Below, in pieces: positions 63,015 to 64,000 of a stretch of DNA of 64,000 nt (positions within the stretch are counted from its first letter, which is position 1; every line of letters begins with the position of its first letter). Source of the stretch: Mobula hypostoma (taxonomy: Eukaryota); the NCBI RefSeq assembly GCF_963921235.1, contig NC_086097.1, positions 253,334,001 to 253,398,000 of the forward strand, written 5' to 3'. A program made the translations under genes and the position numbers. The notes beneath the pieces were generated by a model. That model saw only the letters and a program-made list of their open reading frames with translations. It was not told the DNA's origin and did no database searches.

Positions 63015-64000
63015 TAGTTGCCAGTGACTAGTGGTGTTCCTCGGGGTCAGTATTGGGACCGCTGCTTTTCACATTGTTTGTCAATGATTTAGATAATGGG
63101 ATTGATGACTATGTGGCAAAGTTTGCGGATGATACAAAGATAGGTGGAGGGGTAGGTAGTGCTGAGGAAGCAATGCGATTGCAGCAGGACTTAGACAAAT
63201 TGGAAGAATGGTCAAAAAAGTAACAGATGGAATACAGTGTTGAGAAATGTATGATAATGCATTTTGGTAAAAGGAACAATGGTGCGGAATATTATCTAAA
63301 TGGGGAGAAGGTTCAAACATCAGAGGTGTAGAGGGACTTAGGAGTCCTCGTGCAAGACTCCCAGGAGGTTAATTCACAGGTTGAGTCTGTGGTAAAGAAG
63401 GCAAATGCAATATTGACATTTATTTGAAGGGGAATAGAATATAAAAGCAAGGAGATAAGGCTGAGGCTTTTTAAGACAATAATTAGGCCACACTTGGAGT
63501 ATTATCAACAGTTTTGGGCCCCATATCTCTGAAAGGATGCGTTGTGATTGGAGGGAGTCCAGAGGAGGTTCATGAGGATGATTCTGGGAATGAAGGGGTT
63601 CACATATGAGGAACATTTGGCAACTCTGAGCCTGTACTCGCTGGATTTCAGAAGAATGCTTGGGGATCTCATTGAAACCTACTGAATATTGAAAGGAATA
63701 GATCAGGTGGATATGGAGAGGATGTTTTCTATGGTGTGGGGTATCCAGAACTAGAGGGCATAGCTTCAAAACTGAGGGGCGACCCTTTACAACAGAGGGA
63801 AGGTGGAATTTTCTTTTAGCCAGAGAGGAGTAAATCTGTGGAATGCTCTGCCACAGACTGTGGTGGAGGCCACGTCCGTGCGCATATTTAAGGCGGAAAA
63901 TGATCATTCCCTGATTGGTCAGGGCATCAAAGGATACAGCGAGAAGGCAGGTGTACGGGGTTGAGTGGGCTCTGTGATCAGCCATGATGGAATGGCAGAG
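63015..64000 (+). mobile_element. CR1 ORF2 3' fragment
   Basis: VTSGVP, NDLD, KFADDTKIGG and RPHLEY remnants. Confidence 0.88.

Noticed and set aside
58700..64000. Further upstream MTERF3 exons
   Set aside because: No matching peptide with splice sites found by eye; they probably lie beyond the window

Overview
Vertebrate genomic DNA, very rich in transposable elements. The repeat mix (CR1, Rex1/Babar, Penelope, Tc1, Gypsy) suggests a cartilaginous fish, probably a ray; this is inference. Two nuclear-encoded mitochondrial genes lie on the minus strand. UQCRB is complete: 4 coding exons of 19+72+167+78 nt, 111 aa, at 21806-36236, with a CpG-island promoter. MTERF3 contributes its last two coding exons (58522-58683 and 49241-49435). 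The order and orientation match human 8q22. Most of the remainder is nested TEs. Highlights: (1) minimal, dimer-type hammerhead ribozyme motifs in Penelope terminal repeats, with one intact copy on the sense strand of MTERF3's last intron and several ~100-bp mini-insertions, two with target-site duplications (TSDs); (2) a palindromic Tc1 derivative made of two right halves in UQCRB intron 3; (3) a ~40-bp UQCRB promoter repeat that reappears, CpG-decayed, 2.7 kb upstream beyond a TE block; (4) two minisatellites born inside TEs. Exon and TSD coordinates were read base by base; most other TE boundaries are approximate.
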